Shown here: positions 19,866 through 29,817 of the stretch, in pieces | Numbering within the stretch: position 1 is the stretch's first letter | Layout of the letters: each line of letters opens with the position of its first letter | Origin: Candidatus Latescibacterota bacterium | GTDB taxonomy: Bacteria; Latescibacterota; UBA2968 | DNA: 64,000 bases | Assembly: GCA_965205975.1 (NCBI GenBank) | Contig: OZ242195.1 | Coordinates: 1,056,001-1,120,000, forward strand | Reading direction: 5' to 3' | Notes under the pieces: model-generated | Seen by the model: the letters and a program-made list of their open reading frames with translations, nothing else | Databases searched by the model: none | What the model was told of the DNA's origin: nothing | Translations under genes and position numbers: made by a program

Positions 19866-20696
19866 ATGATGAAATTGGGTTGTATGTCTCTGAGTTACAA
19901 AGATCAGTTCACTGCTGGCGAAATTGATATGGCGGGATTTATCGACAAGGCTTATGATCTGCGTCTGGATGGGATTGATATTCATACGCGCGCGTTTGAA
20001 TCTGAAGACCCAGCTTATTTGCGGGATATTCGCATGCGCTGTCTCAGGCGCGGTCTGGTGATTTCGTATCTCGGTGTGAGCAATGATTTTGGCAGGCCCC
20101 AGGAAGAGTTGCAGGAGGTGATAGATAGTGTCAAGCACTGGGTCGATGTTGCAGAATTTATGGGGGTGCCACTCGTGCGGATTTTTGCGGCGTGGAATCG
20201 CAATGACGAGCCTGAAGAACAGGTTTGGGATCGCATGATGCCCTGTATGCAGGAGGTCGCAGAGTACGGACAACAAAAAGGCATTGTCCTGGGCTTACAC
20301 AACCACAATCACGGGTGTGTTACGCGCACGGGTAAAGATGTGCGCCGGATTCTCGAGACGGTCGATAATCCCTATTTGTCCCATATTCTCGATACGGGGC
20401 AATACGTCGGGTCGCCGGGATCGAGTGGTCAGCGCGGTACTGAAGATCCGGCATTGGATTTCTATGGGAGTATTGCGGAGACAGCCCCTCTTGCCGTGCA
20501 TGTCCGCGCAAAGGTCTATCGCATCAGTACGGGAGAAGAGGTGTGGCTGAATTATCCGCGCATTTTTGAGATTTTGAATGGTGTGAATTACAACGGGTGG
20601 GTATCGATTGTCTATGAGGGACAGGATGAAGAGGCAGAAGAGACAGCGGTACCCAAAGCCGTGAATTATCTGCGGCAATTTGTGCCGGGTGGGTGA
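19866..20696 (+). CDS. Sugar phosphate isomerase/epimerase (xylose isomerase-like TIM barrel)
   Basis: LHNHNH, LDTG, HVRAK and GWVSIVYEG motifs. Confidence 0.85.
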   Translation: MMKLGCMSLSYKDQFTAGEIDMAGFIDKAYDLRLDGIDIHTRAFESEDPAYLRDIRMRCLRRGLVISYLGVSNDFGRPQEELQEVIDSVKHWVDVAEFMGVPLVRIFAAWNRNDEPEEQVWDRMMPCMQEVAEYGQQKGIVLGLHNHNHGCVTRTGKDVRRILETVDNPYLSHILDTGQYVGSPGSSGQRGTEDPALDFYGSIAETAPLAVHVRAKVYRISTGEEVWLNYPRIFEILNGVNYNGWVSIVYEGQDEEAEETAVPKAVNYLRQFVPGG

Positions 20697-20711
20697 GGGG
20701 GTGAATAGAGC

Positions 20712-21533
20712 TTACCCATAAGCCATTTCGGGGTGTTTTCCGAGAACGCGGAGGAGGCGTTCGTCGGCACCTTCGAGGACGTAGTCTGGCATGTGATAGT
20801 TGAGATAGGGCCAGAATCGCTGGGCGACGAAACGCTGCCCATAGACCTGGTGAAAGAGGTAGCGGACGCGGTCGGATGTATTGGGGGCGCCGCGGTGCCA
20901 GGTCTGGCTGCTGAGGAGGTAGAGGTCTCCTGCTTTCATGTGCAGGGATTTTGGTCCTTGACCGTCGAAGGTTGGATTTTCTGGATCGTTGGGTTGCCTG
21001 CCCGCATAGTGGCTACCCGGCACGAATTGGCTGGGCCCATACTGATCTTCGTCCTGGTCTGTCAGGGCAATCTGGAACGACATGCGAAAAACGGGCATCC
21101 GAAGACGCCTGTCATGGCTGCTGATATTGTCGTCCGTAATGGGGAATTCCAGGCTGTCATCTACGTGAAAGCGGTTAATACCCAGATCTGTGCGGTTCAA
21201 GATGCATCCCAGTGCCATGCAATGGCACTGGGGACCGAGGACTGTTTCGGCGATAGATATGATAGGCTCGCGCACGAGCAGGTCGCGGAACATCCGGTCG
21301 CATTCAAATAGCCGATGCACAACGATGGGTTCTTTGCCATTGTGCTGCGGCTTTATTTTTACGTTTCGCATTTCGGCAAAATAGGGTTCTGCAAAGATTT
21401 GATCGACGCGCCTGCATATTCGTTCGCATTCTTCCCGGGACAAGACATTTCTGATGATGGTCGCGCCGTTTTTGTAAAAGTCTTCGAGAATCGGCGATAG
21501 TTCTTCTTCGGTAAAGGGTTCGTGAAGTGACAT
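20712..21533 (-). CDS. Phytanoyl-CoA dioxygenase (PhyH) family Fe(II)/2OG dioxygenase
   Basis: FHVD (HxD), VPGSH and WHRGAPNTSDRVR motifs. Confidence 0.9.
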   Translation of the reverse strand: MSLHEPFTEEELSPILEDFYKNGATIIRNVLSREECERICRRVDQIFAEPYFAEMRNVKIKPQHNGKEPIVVHRLFECDRMFRDLLVREPIISIAETVLGPQCHCMALGCILNRTDLGINRFHVDDSLEFPITDDNISSHDRRLRMPVFRMSFQIALTDQDEDQYGPSQFVPGSHYAGRQPNDPENPTFDGQGPKSLHMKAGDLYLLSSQTWHRGAPNTSDRVRYLFHQVYGQRFVAQRFWPYLNYHMPDYVLEGADERLLRVLGKHPEMAYG

Positions 21534-21553
21534 GGGATATTCCTCGCTGAAAA

Positions 21554-21616
21554 ACGAATCTACGAATCAGTTGGGTGGTTGGGCGGGGTTCGTCTATTCG
21601 TCTATTCGCTTATTCA
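21554..21616. repeat. Octamer-repeat arms flanking a G-rich core (copy 1)
   Basis: ACGAATCT-ACGAATCA, then TTGGGTGGTTGGGCGGGG, then TTCGTCTA x2 and TTCGCTTA. Confidence 0.7.
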
Positions 21617-23056
21617 GATCGCGCCTTTAGGAACGCCTTTGCCGACGTGGGGAAGCAAGCCCTGAATTGGTTGCCCGGGCACGAGTTTTCCATTCTGAAC
21701 AAATCCCTCTGGTCGTCCTGTGAGTTCCTCGATCAGTTGATTGCGCCACCAGGCCAATCGGTCGGGACGATCGCTGGACAGGTCGTTGATTTCACGGGGG
21801 TCTTCGGTTAGATCAAAGAGCAACTCTCTTCCCGTTTGGGTAAACCAGGCATATTTCTCCTTGCCGTCCGTAAGCCACTGATTGGCAGATGTCGCGTGTT
21901 CTCCGTGAATAAACGGACGCCAATTATTCCCGCTACAATTCAGCACACTTTCGCCATCGAGATCGTCCGGGGTATCGATTCCCGCGATGTCGCAGAAGGT
22001 TGGGAAGATGTCCCGCAGTTCTACCGGTGATTCTACGAGGGATCCACGCGGCACTGCGCCAGATGTTCTGGGCATTCTCAAGATGAAGGGCACGCGAGCA
22101 GATCCGTCATAAGGCACGCCTTTTCCCACATGATTGTGATCGTATAGCATTTCACCGTGATCCGCGGTGAAGAGTATGGCCGTGTTGTCCTGGACACCGT
22201 ATTCGTTGAGTGCCATGATCATGCGGTTGATCTGGAAATCGATATGTGAAATCTGTGCGTAATACGCTCTTCTGGCAAAATCTACCAGCGCTGGGTCCCG
22301 GGGGATCGGGCTGTCGTGGCCTCCTTTGCGGAGTTCGTGGTCAACCCAGTTTCCCATGGCGGGTGGGGGAATGTCCTTTTGCAAATAGCGATTTAAGAAA
22401 GACGCGGGAGGGTCCAGCGGCGGATGGGGCCGATGATAGGATAGCGTTAGGAAGAAGGGTTTGGATGTATCGCGCCTGCGCAAGAAATCAATGCCCTGCG
22501 AGGTGACCCAACTCGTGGGGTGAAGCATTTCGTGGTAGGGCCAGGCCTGTGCCGCATATCCATTGCATCCCACGCCAGAGTCGTTGTGGTCGGCATAGAC
22601 CTCGCCGAGTTTTTCCCGTAGCCAGGGGGTGTAATCGTCGTTCAATCCAAATTCGCGGTTTTCCCGCCGGGCGCGATGCATATAGCCGTCGTGCAGTACG
22701 ACGTTGTGAAAGCCCACGAGATTGCGCCAGGGATAGACGTGCATTTTGCCGACGCACTGGGTGTGGTAACCCGCATCTGATAGGGTTCCGGGGAGTGTTA
22801 CTGGATAGTCCCACTGCACGCCGCCGTTGGTGAGATATCCATGGCGCTTGGGGGCGAGACCCGTGAGGATTGTGGCGCGGGCAGCAACGCATACCGGGCA
22901 CGATGCATACGCCTGGGTAAATGTGATACCCTCGCCTGCCAGATAATCCAGATGAGGGGTTTCAACTGCGGGGTGACCGGTATAGCCCAGGCAATCCCCC
23001 CGCCATTGATCGGTCAGGATAAAAAGTATGTTGGGAGCGTTTTCGTTTGTTGGCAT
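21614..23056 (-). CDS. Sulfatase (Cys-type, CxAxR variant)
   Basis: TDQ, CVAARATILTG, GKMH, HRPHPP and ADHG motifs. Confidence 0.92.
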   Translation of the reverse strand: MPTNENAPNILFILTDQWRGDCLGYTGHPAVETPHLDYLAGEGITFTQAYASCPVCVAARATILTGLAPKRHGYLTNGGVQWDYPVTLPGTLSDAGYHTQCVGKMHVYPWRNLVGFHNVVLHDGYMHRARRENREFGLNDDYTPWLREKLGEVYADHNDSGVGCNGYAAQAWPYHEMLHPTSWVTSQGIDFLRRRDTSKPFFLTLSYHRPHPPLDPPASFLNRYLQKDIPPPAMGNWVDHELRKGGHDSPIPRDPALVDFARRAYYAQISHIDFQINRMIMALNEYGVQDNTAILFTADHGEMLYDHNHVGKGVPYDGSARVPFILRMPRTSGAVPRGSLVESPVELRDIFPTFCDIAGIDTPDDLDGESVLNCSGNNWRPFIHGEHATSANQWLTDGKEKYAWFTQTGRELLFDLTEDPREINDLSSDRPDRLAWWRNQLIEELTGRPEGFVQNGKLVPGQPIQGLLPHVGKGVPKGAI

Positions 23057-23057
23057 T

Positions 23058-23849
23058 TTATCCCCTTCGCTTGTTGGCTAAAACCCAGACATCGCGGAAG
23101 AAAGACTGGCGGCTTTCTTTTAGGCCATTGATCACGACCGGGTTCATGCAGGGCTTGGGTTCGTGGAATCGCACGGTTACGTGATTGTACGCGATGAGGA
23201 TGGCGCGGCGCGGATTGTCCGGATTGGTCCAGGTAGATCCCGTGTGCCGCACGCCTTCTGAAAATACGACGAGGCTTCCCGGCGGGCAGCCATAGGTTTC
23301 CCAAACGCCTGAGTTTGGGGCATCGGCCTCTTCAGGCCAGGTTCCGTCCTGGGCAGATGCCAGATTGGCTTTGTGCGAGCCGGGAACGAGGCAGGTACCG
23401 CCCTGGCCTTTTTTTACTTCGTTCAGTTCCCAGACAATGCGTGTCATTGCGCTGTAGATGCGACCGTTGTGAAAGCGAAAGGAAAACGATGGATGGAGAT
23501 TTGTTCCTCCCACGTGAGGCCGCCACTCGTTGCCGGTGTTCTCAGCGGACCGGCCGGATATGAATACGCTTTCCAATCGGATGCGCTCCCGATCCGGGTC
23601 AATGACTTCCTGGAGAATGCCCATGACCCGCGGGTGATCAATCAAAAATTCAGTGGAACCAGAAATGGGTGAGCGATGGTGCTCGGGAAGGCTTTCAGGC
23701 GTTTTCATATACGTTTCGACGTGGTCGCGTGCGATCGCGATTTCTTCGTCGGTGAGAACGCTGGGGATGACGAGAAAGCCTTTTAAGTCGAAGAGAAATT
23801 TTTCGTAATCCGACATGGGCAAATGCTCACGCGCTGTTTTCTCAGACAT
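23058..23849 (-). CDS. PhyH-like Fe(II)/2OG enzyme with HxG motif
   Basis: FLFDLKGFLV, PHVG, VPGSHK and VRHTG...RR motifs. Confidence 0.82.
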   Translation of the reverse strand: MSEKTAREHLPMSDYEKFLFDLKGFLVIPSVLTDEEIAIARDHVETYMKTPESLPEHHRSPISGSTEFLIDHPRVMGILQEVIDPDRERIRLESVFISGRSAENTGNEWRPHVGGTNLHPSFSFRFHNGRIYSAMTRIVWELNEVKKGQGGTCLVPGSHKANLASAQDGTWPEEADAPNSGVWETYGCPPGSLVVFSEGVRHTGSTWTNPDNPRRAILIAYNHVTVRFHEPKPCMNPVVINGLKESRQSFFRDVWVLANKRRG

Positions 23850-23891
23850 TGGTTTGCTCCTCTATTTTTCGGACTCTTGTAACTCGTCCTG

Positions 23892-25220
23892 TTAGTTCTT
23901 CCTGAATAGGAGCATTGCGATTCGCCTTTCTCCCACCACGACCTTCACAATGGCCTTGATATAGATGGGTTTTTTTAGCAATGCCAGTTCCCGGACTTTT
24001 GCCTTGAGCAGCGGATGTGGATCGTCGATTCTGATCACGCCTTTAAAAGAACGCTTTGAATTTTCGGCATCGACCATCTGTCCGTTCTGGACCATCTCGT
24101 TATTCTCTGGCTCATCGGCATCCATCTCGATAATCATACTTAGATCTGTGATTTCATTTACGGATAGGGGCAGTCCGCCCGTGTCGAATTGCCGTTCTAC
24201 AATGCGGTCTTGAAGCGTATTCTGGATTTCCTGTTGAATCTCGTTGGGAAAAGTGTGAATCCTGAATTCCGCGGTGTGGGTGCCTTCGATGACTGTGCCG
24301 GTTAGCGCTATCCGGCTTAATGGCTCGGCTTCGATCTTCTCTCCGAGATCGAGTGGGCTGGCATTCTGCACGTTTAATGTGCTGTGGAGATCTATTTTTT
24401 TTACCTTGCCGAGTGCGAATACCGTATCGTCTTCTATGGTGACGAGTTTGCCCGAAAAATACTCTTCCAATTGCTTGGTGACCTGACCATCCGAGATATC
24501 GTTGAATTGCGCAAATCCCGTGCTCCACCAATCCGGCAAATCGAGGTCTGTTCTCAGTATTTCGCCGTCTCCATAAGTTGTAATCAATTCAATCTGAGCC
24601 GGTTGACCGACGCGTGCGAGCCTTTGTGCGGCGCCCTTTAGACCTGCGGAAATACGCAGATCGTCAAAATCCAGGATGTGCGCGATTTCGTCCCCTTTCG
24701 GCACAACTGTTCCGACGACTTCCTCCTCGAACAGGATGACGCCGGCGTGCGTGGCTGTCAATGTTTCGCGCTGGGATAGCTCTTGTTCCCAGGCGGACGT
24801 CGCACTTCTCATTACACCCTGAAGCTCCCGTTCCGATAGAGTTAGAGAAGATGATGTTGCAAGGCTGTCGAGTTCACCGCTTAGTTCTTCTGCTACTTGT
24901 TTTGCGCGATAGCGGTTGACTTGGGATTTATCTCTGGAAATTTCAAATAGTGGCTGACCAATTGTTACGTCAGTTTTATTTTCGACGAGTGCTTCTATGA
25001 CTATGACATCCTCATCAGAAGATAGGACATATTCGTGTGGCTTGATCGGTTCGGCATTAGATAACACGAGGTCTTCTGTCTTCGTAAACCACAGAAAGGC
25101 GATGGCTGTGGCGACCGCAAAAACAAAGCCATACCCGAATATCTCCAGATATTTGACGTACTTCGCAATAAGTCTGCGGGTTCTCAAGCTCTGTGTTTTC
25201 GGTTTCTCTGTCGTTTGCAT
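23892..25220 (-). CDS. Membrane-anchored adaptor (HlyD/membrane-fusion-like) protein with a large insertion
   Basis: Single N-terminal TM, lipoyl-like halves (VTIGQPLFEI and VVPKGDEIAHI) around a helical hairpin. It follows an ABC gene. Confidence 0.55.
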   Translation of the reverse strand: MQTTEKPKTQSLRTRRLIAKYVKYLEIFGYGFVFAVATAIAFLWFTKTEDLVLSNAEPIKPHEYVLSSDEDVIVIEALVENKTDVTIGQPLFEISRDKSQVNRYRAKQVAEELSGELDSLATSSSLTLSERELQGVMRSATSAWEQELSQRETLTATHAGVILFEEEVVGTVVPKGDEIAHILDFDDLRISAGLKGAAQRLARVGQPAQIELITTYGDGEILRTDLDLPDWWSTGFAQFNDISDGQVTKQLEEYFSGKLVTIEDDTVFALGKVKKIDLHSTLNVQNASPLDLGEKIEAEPLSRIALTGTVIEGTHTAEFRIHTFPNEIQQEIQNTLQDRIVERQFDTGGLPLSVNEITDLSMIIEMDADEPENNEMVQNGQMVDAENSKRSFKGVIRIDDPHPLLKAKVRELALLKKPIYIKAIVKVVVGERRIAMLLFRKN

Positions 25221-25250
25221 TTTTTTCTCCGTAACAATGAGGAGATCGCG

Positions 25251-27047
25251 TTACCCAACTTGTCTGGTATCATCCAGGCCGAGGTATCGCCGGTACATCT
25301 CTGCGTACTCGCCCCCATTGCGAATCAGTTCTGCGTGTGTCCCTTGTTCGAGGATCTGACCGTCGCCGAGAACGATGATCAGGTCGGCATTTGCCACTGT
25401 TGTGAGTCTGTGAGAGACTATGAATGTGGTGCGTCCTTCTGCCACGCGATCCAGGCTTTGCAAAAATCGCTGTTCTGTGGCGCTGTCCAGGGATGATGTG
25501 GGCTCGTCCAGAATGAGAATTTTGGGATCGCGAACCATGGCGCGGGCAATCCCGATCCGCTGTTTTTGCCCCCCTGAGATTCGCGTACCTTCTCGAAGAT
25601 CGGTGTCATATCCGTTGCGTTGGGATGAGGCAAATGCGTCTATGTCCGCCAGTTGGGCGGCTCTGACCACTTCATCGTCAGATGCATGGGGCTGACCGAA
25701 CAGGATATTTTCTTTGATTGTTCCGTTGAACAAATGCGTTTCCTGTAAAACCAGACCAACCTGGTCCTGATAGGTGCTTGATCTCACTTCTCTGAGGTCC
25801 TGACCATCTACAATTACCCTGCCCGAATCCGGGTCGTATAGCCGGAGAAGCAGGTTCGCGACCGTGGTTTTGCCCGATCCACTGTGTCCCACCAGAGCGA
25901 TTTTTTGACCTGCCTGAACGGTGAAGCTCAGGTTGCGCAGGATCGGTGTGCCATCCTCGTAAGAAAAGGAAACATTGTCAAAGACGACATCGCCCCTGAC
26001 AGGTGGCATTGCTGGTGCATTGGGACGGTCTGTAACAGCGGGAACCTGATCCAGTGTTTCGAGAATGCGCTCGGCGGGAACCATTGCAATGCGAACTTGC
26101 TGAAAATACCGAATCAGGACTTGAATGGGATTGGACAGACGGTTCGAATAGGAGAAAATGGGGAAGACGGACCCATAGGAGAGGTTGCCTAAAATAACTT
26201 CTCTGAGGAAGTATAGTCTTATCAGTTGATTTTTAGCCCAGGGGAGCAAGCCGCTATTGCCCGCGATTTCTCGTTCGATGGTACGCATATAAAACAGGCG
26301 CATAGCGGCGCGATACCCTTCGATGGTGAGATTAACATATCGCTTTACTTCGTGCCGGCGCCGACCAAATGTCTGTACGACAGCTGCCCCGGCAACGCCT
26401 TCTTGAAGCCCGGCGTCGCGCGCCTGCCATCTCTCTCTTACGCGGCGATCAAATCTGCGCTGTATGGTCGCGATCTTCTGGGCGATCATCCCATAAGGGA
26501 TTGAGTAAATCAGAATGACCAGCGAGACCCGCCAGTCCAACCAGGTGGTGAAGATGAGTATGAGTATGAACTCATAGACCGCCCGCAATGTCGCTGGCAA
26601 GATGTCCGTAATCATGCGCATTACGGCCCCCGTATCTGCGCTCGCCCGATACATGTGCTCGCCAATACCTCGACTCTCGTAGAAGGTCATGGAGAGACGC
26701 TGGAGGTGGGTGAAGAAGTGGGTTTTGAGGGCTAAGCTCACGCGTAGATCTACGTAGTGATTGAGAACGGTTGACATGGTACCGACCAATCTCTGAATCA
26801 GGACGAGCACGACATAGGCGGCAAAGATGCGGTAGAACAGGTTCCAATCTTGATTTGGAAAAGCATCATCGATGAGAAACTTGCTCAGCCACGGATTCAC
26901 AACCCGAAACGTGCTGACGACGATCGTGCCCATTACGACGAGCAGTGCCTTATCCCAGACCGGGATCATCAGCCTGAGAAAACGCAGAAAGACTCTTATG
27001 AGCGACTGTTTTGCTCCCTTGCGGGGAGGAGGAAAATAGTTGAACAT
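25251..27047 (-). CDS. ABC transporter, fused TMD-NBD (exporter fold)
   Basis: GHSGSGKT, ISGGQKQR, ILILDEPTS and SHR motifs. Confidence 0.92.
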   Translation of the reverse strand: MFNYFPPPRKGAKQSLIRVFLRFLRLMIPVWDKALLVVMGTIVVSTFRVVNPWLSKFLIDDAFPNQDWNLFYRIFAAYVVLVLIQRLVGTMSTVLNHYVDLRVSLALKTHFFTHLQRLSMTFYESRGIGEHMYRASADTGAVMRMITDILPATLRAVYEFILILIFTTWLDWRVSLVILIYSIPYGMIAQKIATIQRRFDRRVRERWQARDAGLQEGVAGAAVVQTFGRRRHEVKRYVNLTIEGYRAAMRLFYMRTIEREIAGNSGLLPWAKNQLIRLYFLREVILGNLSYGSVFPIFSYSNRLSNPIQVLIRYFQQVRIAMVPAERILETLDQVPAVTDRPNAPAMPPVRGDVVFDNVSFSYEDGTPILRNLSFTVQAGQKIALVGHSGSGKTTVANLLLRLYDPDSGRVIVDGQDLREVRSSTYQDQVGLVLQETHLFNGTIKENILFGQPHASDDEVVRAAQLADIDAFASSQRNGYDTDLREGTRISGGQKQRIGIARAMVRDPKILILDEPTSSLDSATEQRFLQSLDRVAEGRTTFIVSHRLTTVANADLIIVLGDGQILEQGTHAELIRNGGEYAEMYRRYLGLDDTRQVG

Positions 27048-27102
27048 TGTCCGGTCTTAGTCCTGTCCAAATACAGGCGAGGGTTTCTTCCAAAGACACC
27101 AC

Positions 27103-27135
27103 AATTAGGCGAAGATATGTTCGAATGTCAATTGG
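27103..27135 (-). promoter_or_regulatory. Sigma70-like promoter, duplicated at 33986-34018
   Basis: Minus strand CCAATTGACATTCGAACATATCTTCGCCTAATT. Confidence 0.6.
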
Positions 27136-27249
27136 ATTCTCGGTTTTGTGGGAGAACAGAAAACAATTGCGTCTGGTAGAAAATTCACTTTTTTATACAG
27201 CAATCTATAATGTTGTGGCACATTTATTGTATCTGCAGGAGCTTATTTC

Positions 27250-29700
27250 ATGTTTAATCTGATCGGAAATTACGCCAAAATTGCTATCAGAAATTTGATG
27301 CGCAACAAAGTGTATTCTGCACTCAATATCCTCGGTTTGGGCATTGCCATGTCCTGCTGTCTTTTGATTGTGTTGTTTTTACAACGCGAACTGCAATACG
27401 ATCACAGATATGAAAAGGGAGATCGCATTTACAAAGTCGTGCGAGAAATAAATATCCAGGGCGGGTCGCGCAATTTTTCATGGGGCACATCGGGATCTTT
27501 GGGCCCCGCGTTGCAACGCGATTTTCCCGAAGTAGAGTCAGCCGTTCGAATATGGCCCTGGAACGTGAAGGTCGAACGCGAGAATATTTTGTTTCCCACA
27601 CGGCTCAATCGCGTTGACAAACACGTGTTTGACGTATTTGAAGCCGAATTTGTTCAGGGCAGCGCACAGACGGCTTTTGAAGATCCAACGAGTATTGTGA
27701 TTACCGAGCGCATGGCGAATGTTATCTACGGTGAGGAAAACCCGATGGGCAGGGTGCTCACCGTTGTCAATTCGATTTTTGGAGGAGATTATATTGTGCG
27801 GGGTGTGTTGAAAGATCGCCTTGAGCCTACGACAATCCCATTTAATATGTTCGTATCGAGAGACCCCAATGCCCAATGGAGTAACAAATTGCACAGATGG
27901 GATCCGGCTGCGGGTTTTCGGCCGGTACAAACCTATATTTTGCTTCAAGAAGGTGTTTCTCCCAAAACACTGGAGCAAAAATTTCCAGATTTTATAACGC
28001 GCTATATGGGCGCGGAAATCCAAAAACACAATGCGTATCATCTCCAACCCCTGCATCGGGTCTATTTGCATTCGCGTGCAGATTACGACATCCAGAGCTT
28101 CGGCGATATCGATCAACTCTATACGATGTGTGTGATTGCCGCATTTATTCTGATTATTGCTTGCGTGAACTTTATGAATCTGGCGACAGCCCAATCCGTC
28201 AGGCGCGCAAGAGAGGTGGGCTTGCGAAAAGTGGTCGGTGCCAGTCGCGGGCAGTTGATCCAGCAATTTCTGGGAGAGTCCCTGATTGTCGCCTGTCTCG
28301 CGTCGTTGCTTGCAATTATTGTCGCCCGGGCGATGCTGCCCGTGTTTAATGATTTGATCCAGCAAAATCTGGTATTAGATCTCAGGGCTTATATGACTTT
28401 GATCCCGGCGTTGATCGGCGTGGTACTGGTATCCGGGATACTCGCCGGAGGTTATCCCGCCTTTGTTTTGTCTGCCTGGCAACCGATTGATACATTGAAG
28501 AGCCAGGTTCAATCCAGATCGGGTGGTTCGTGGTTCTGGAAAGGGCTGGTGATATTCCAATTTTCAATTTCGATTTTTTTGATCGTGGGCACGCTGGTCG
28601 TGCGCAACCAGATCTCTTATATGCTGGATCGGGATCTGGGGGTTGATACAGAACACCTGGTCATGTTACCCATTTTTATTTCGAGCCGGGAGGCGCATTT
28701 TGTTCACGCCAACCGCCTGTCGTCGCGATACAGTACTGTGAAGCAGTCGTTTTTGAGGCATCCCAATGTCGTTGGGGCAACCGCATCTCAGTATCGCGCC
28801 TTCCCCAGCGGGGGTGGCTCGCGGCGCAAGCCCATTCGTCCAGAAGATTTGCCGGGAGATGACTGGTGGATTCTGGTCAACGAGGTCGATGCTGATTTTG
28901 TAAAAACAATGGGTATTGAGCTGGTTGCTGGTAAAGATTTTACTCCGGGCAAGGGCAATCCCCTCAGAGGATGGACGCGCGAATTTCTGATCAATGAGTC
29001 GGCGGCCAAATTATTTGGCTGGGATAATCCCATCGGCAAACAAATCCAGAAGTTAGATGGGGGCGGCGGCATGGGTACTGTTGTGGGCGTGTTTAAGGAT
29101 TACCATTTTGATTCCTTAAAGGAAAAAATCGCGCCCCTCGCATTTGTCCAGTGGGCCAGGCTATATGCGTATTTAACGCTGAAAATAAAGAGCGGGCAGT
29201 TTGTAGAAACGATGGATTTTTTGGAAGAGGAATGGTATAAATTCGTGCCCAACGAAGCGTTTAATCCCATTTTCATGGACGATGGATTTGCATCTGCGTA
29301 CCGGAATGAACTTCGCCTGAGAAGAATTGCTGGCATTTCTTCATTGCTGGCGATCGTGGTGTGTTGTTTGGGGCTGTTCGGTTTGGCTGCTATTTCTGCC
29401 CAACGGCGCACAAAGGAGATTGGTGTGCGCAAGGTGCTCGGTGCGTCTGCCGGGCAAATTGTAACGATGTTTTCAGCCGAATTTGTCAAGCTGGTCGCGT
29501 TTGCCAGTCTCATTGCCTGGCCTCTGGCTTATTACATGCTCGATGACTGGTTGGCCGATTTTGCCTACCGCATTGGTCTGGATATCTCAGTATTTGCATT
29601 GAGTAGTGTACTGGCTATTGCCATTGCCCTGATTACAGTGAGTTATCAGGCATGGAAAGCGGCGCAAACCAATCCTATTGAGGCGCTTAAGTACGAATAG
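27250..29700 (+). CDS. ABC transporter permease (MacB-PCD/FtsX duplicated architecture)
   Basis: KIAIRNL, RAREVGLRKVVGA, RTKEIGVRKVLGA and NPIEALKYE motifs. Confidence 0.92.
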   Translation: MFNLIGNYAKIAIRNLMRNKVYSALNILGLGIAMSCCLLIVLFLQRELQYDHRYEKGDRIYKVVREINIQGGSRNFSWGTSGSLGPALQRDFPEVESAVRIWPWNVKVERENILFPTRLNRVDKHVFDVFEAEFVQGSAQTAFEDPTSIVITERMANVIYGEENPMGRVLTVVNSIFGGDYIVRGVLKDRLEPTTIPFNMFVSRDPNAQWSNKLHRWDPAAGFRPVQTYILLQEGVSPKTLEQKFPDFITRYMGAEIQKHNAYHLQPLHRVYLHSRADYDIQSFGDIDQLYTMCVIAAFILIIACVNFMNLATAQSVRRAREVGLRKVVGASRGQLIQQFLGESLIVACLASLLAIIVARAMLPVFNDLIQQNLVLDLRAYMTLIPALIGVVLVSGILAGGYPAFVLSAWQPIDTLKSQVQSRSGGSWFWKGLVIFQFSISIFLIVGTLVVRNQISYMLDRDLGVDTEHLVMLPIFISSREAHFVHANRLSSRYSTVKQSFLRHPNVVGATASQYRAFPSGGGSRRKPIRPEDLPGDDWWILVNEVDADFVKTMGIELVAGKDFTPGKGNPLRGWTREFLINESAAKLFGWDNPIGKQIQKLDGGGGMGTVVGVFKDYHFDSLKEKIAPLAFVQWARLYAYLTLKIKSGQFVETMDFLEEEWYKFVPNEAFNPIFMDDGFASAYRNELRLRRIAGISSLLAIVVCCLGLFGLAAISAQRRTKEIGVRKVLGASAGQIVTMFSAEFVKLVAFASLIAWPLAYYMLDDWLADFAYRIGLDISVFALSSVLAIAIALITVSYQAWKAAQTNPIEALKYE

Positions 29701-29813
29701 ACGAATAGACGAATAGACGAATAGACGAATGGCAATACACACTGATTTTGGGAGGATGGGTGGGGTTCGTAGATTCGCTGATTCGTAGATTCGCTGATTC
29801 GTAGATTCGCTGA
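29693..29813. repeat. Octamer-repeat arms flanking a G-rich core (copy 2)
   Basis: (ACGAATAG) x4.75, then TTGGGAGGATGGGGTGGGG, then (TTCGTAGATTCGCTGA) x3. Confidence 0.85.
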
Positions 29814-29817
29814 TTTT

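Noticed and set aside
29693..29813. Possible CRISPR array
   Set aside because: The units are 8 or 16 bp with no unique spacers, and there are no cas genes.
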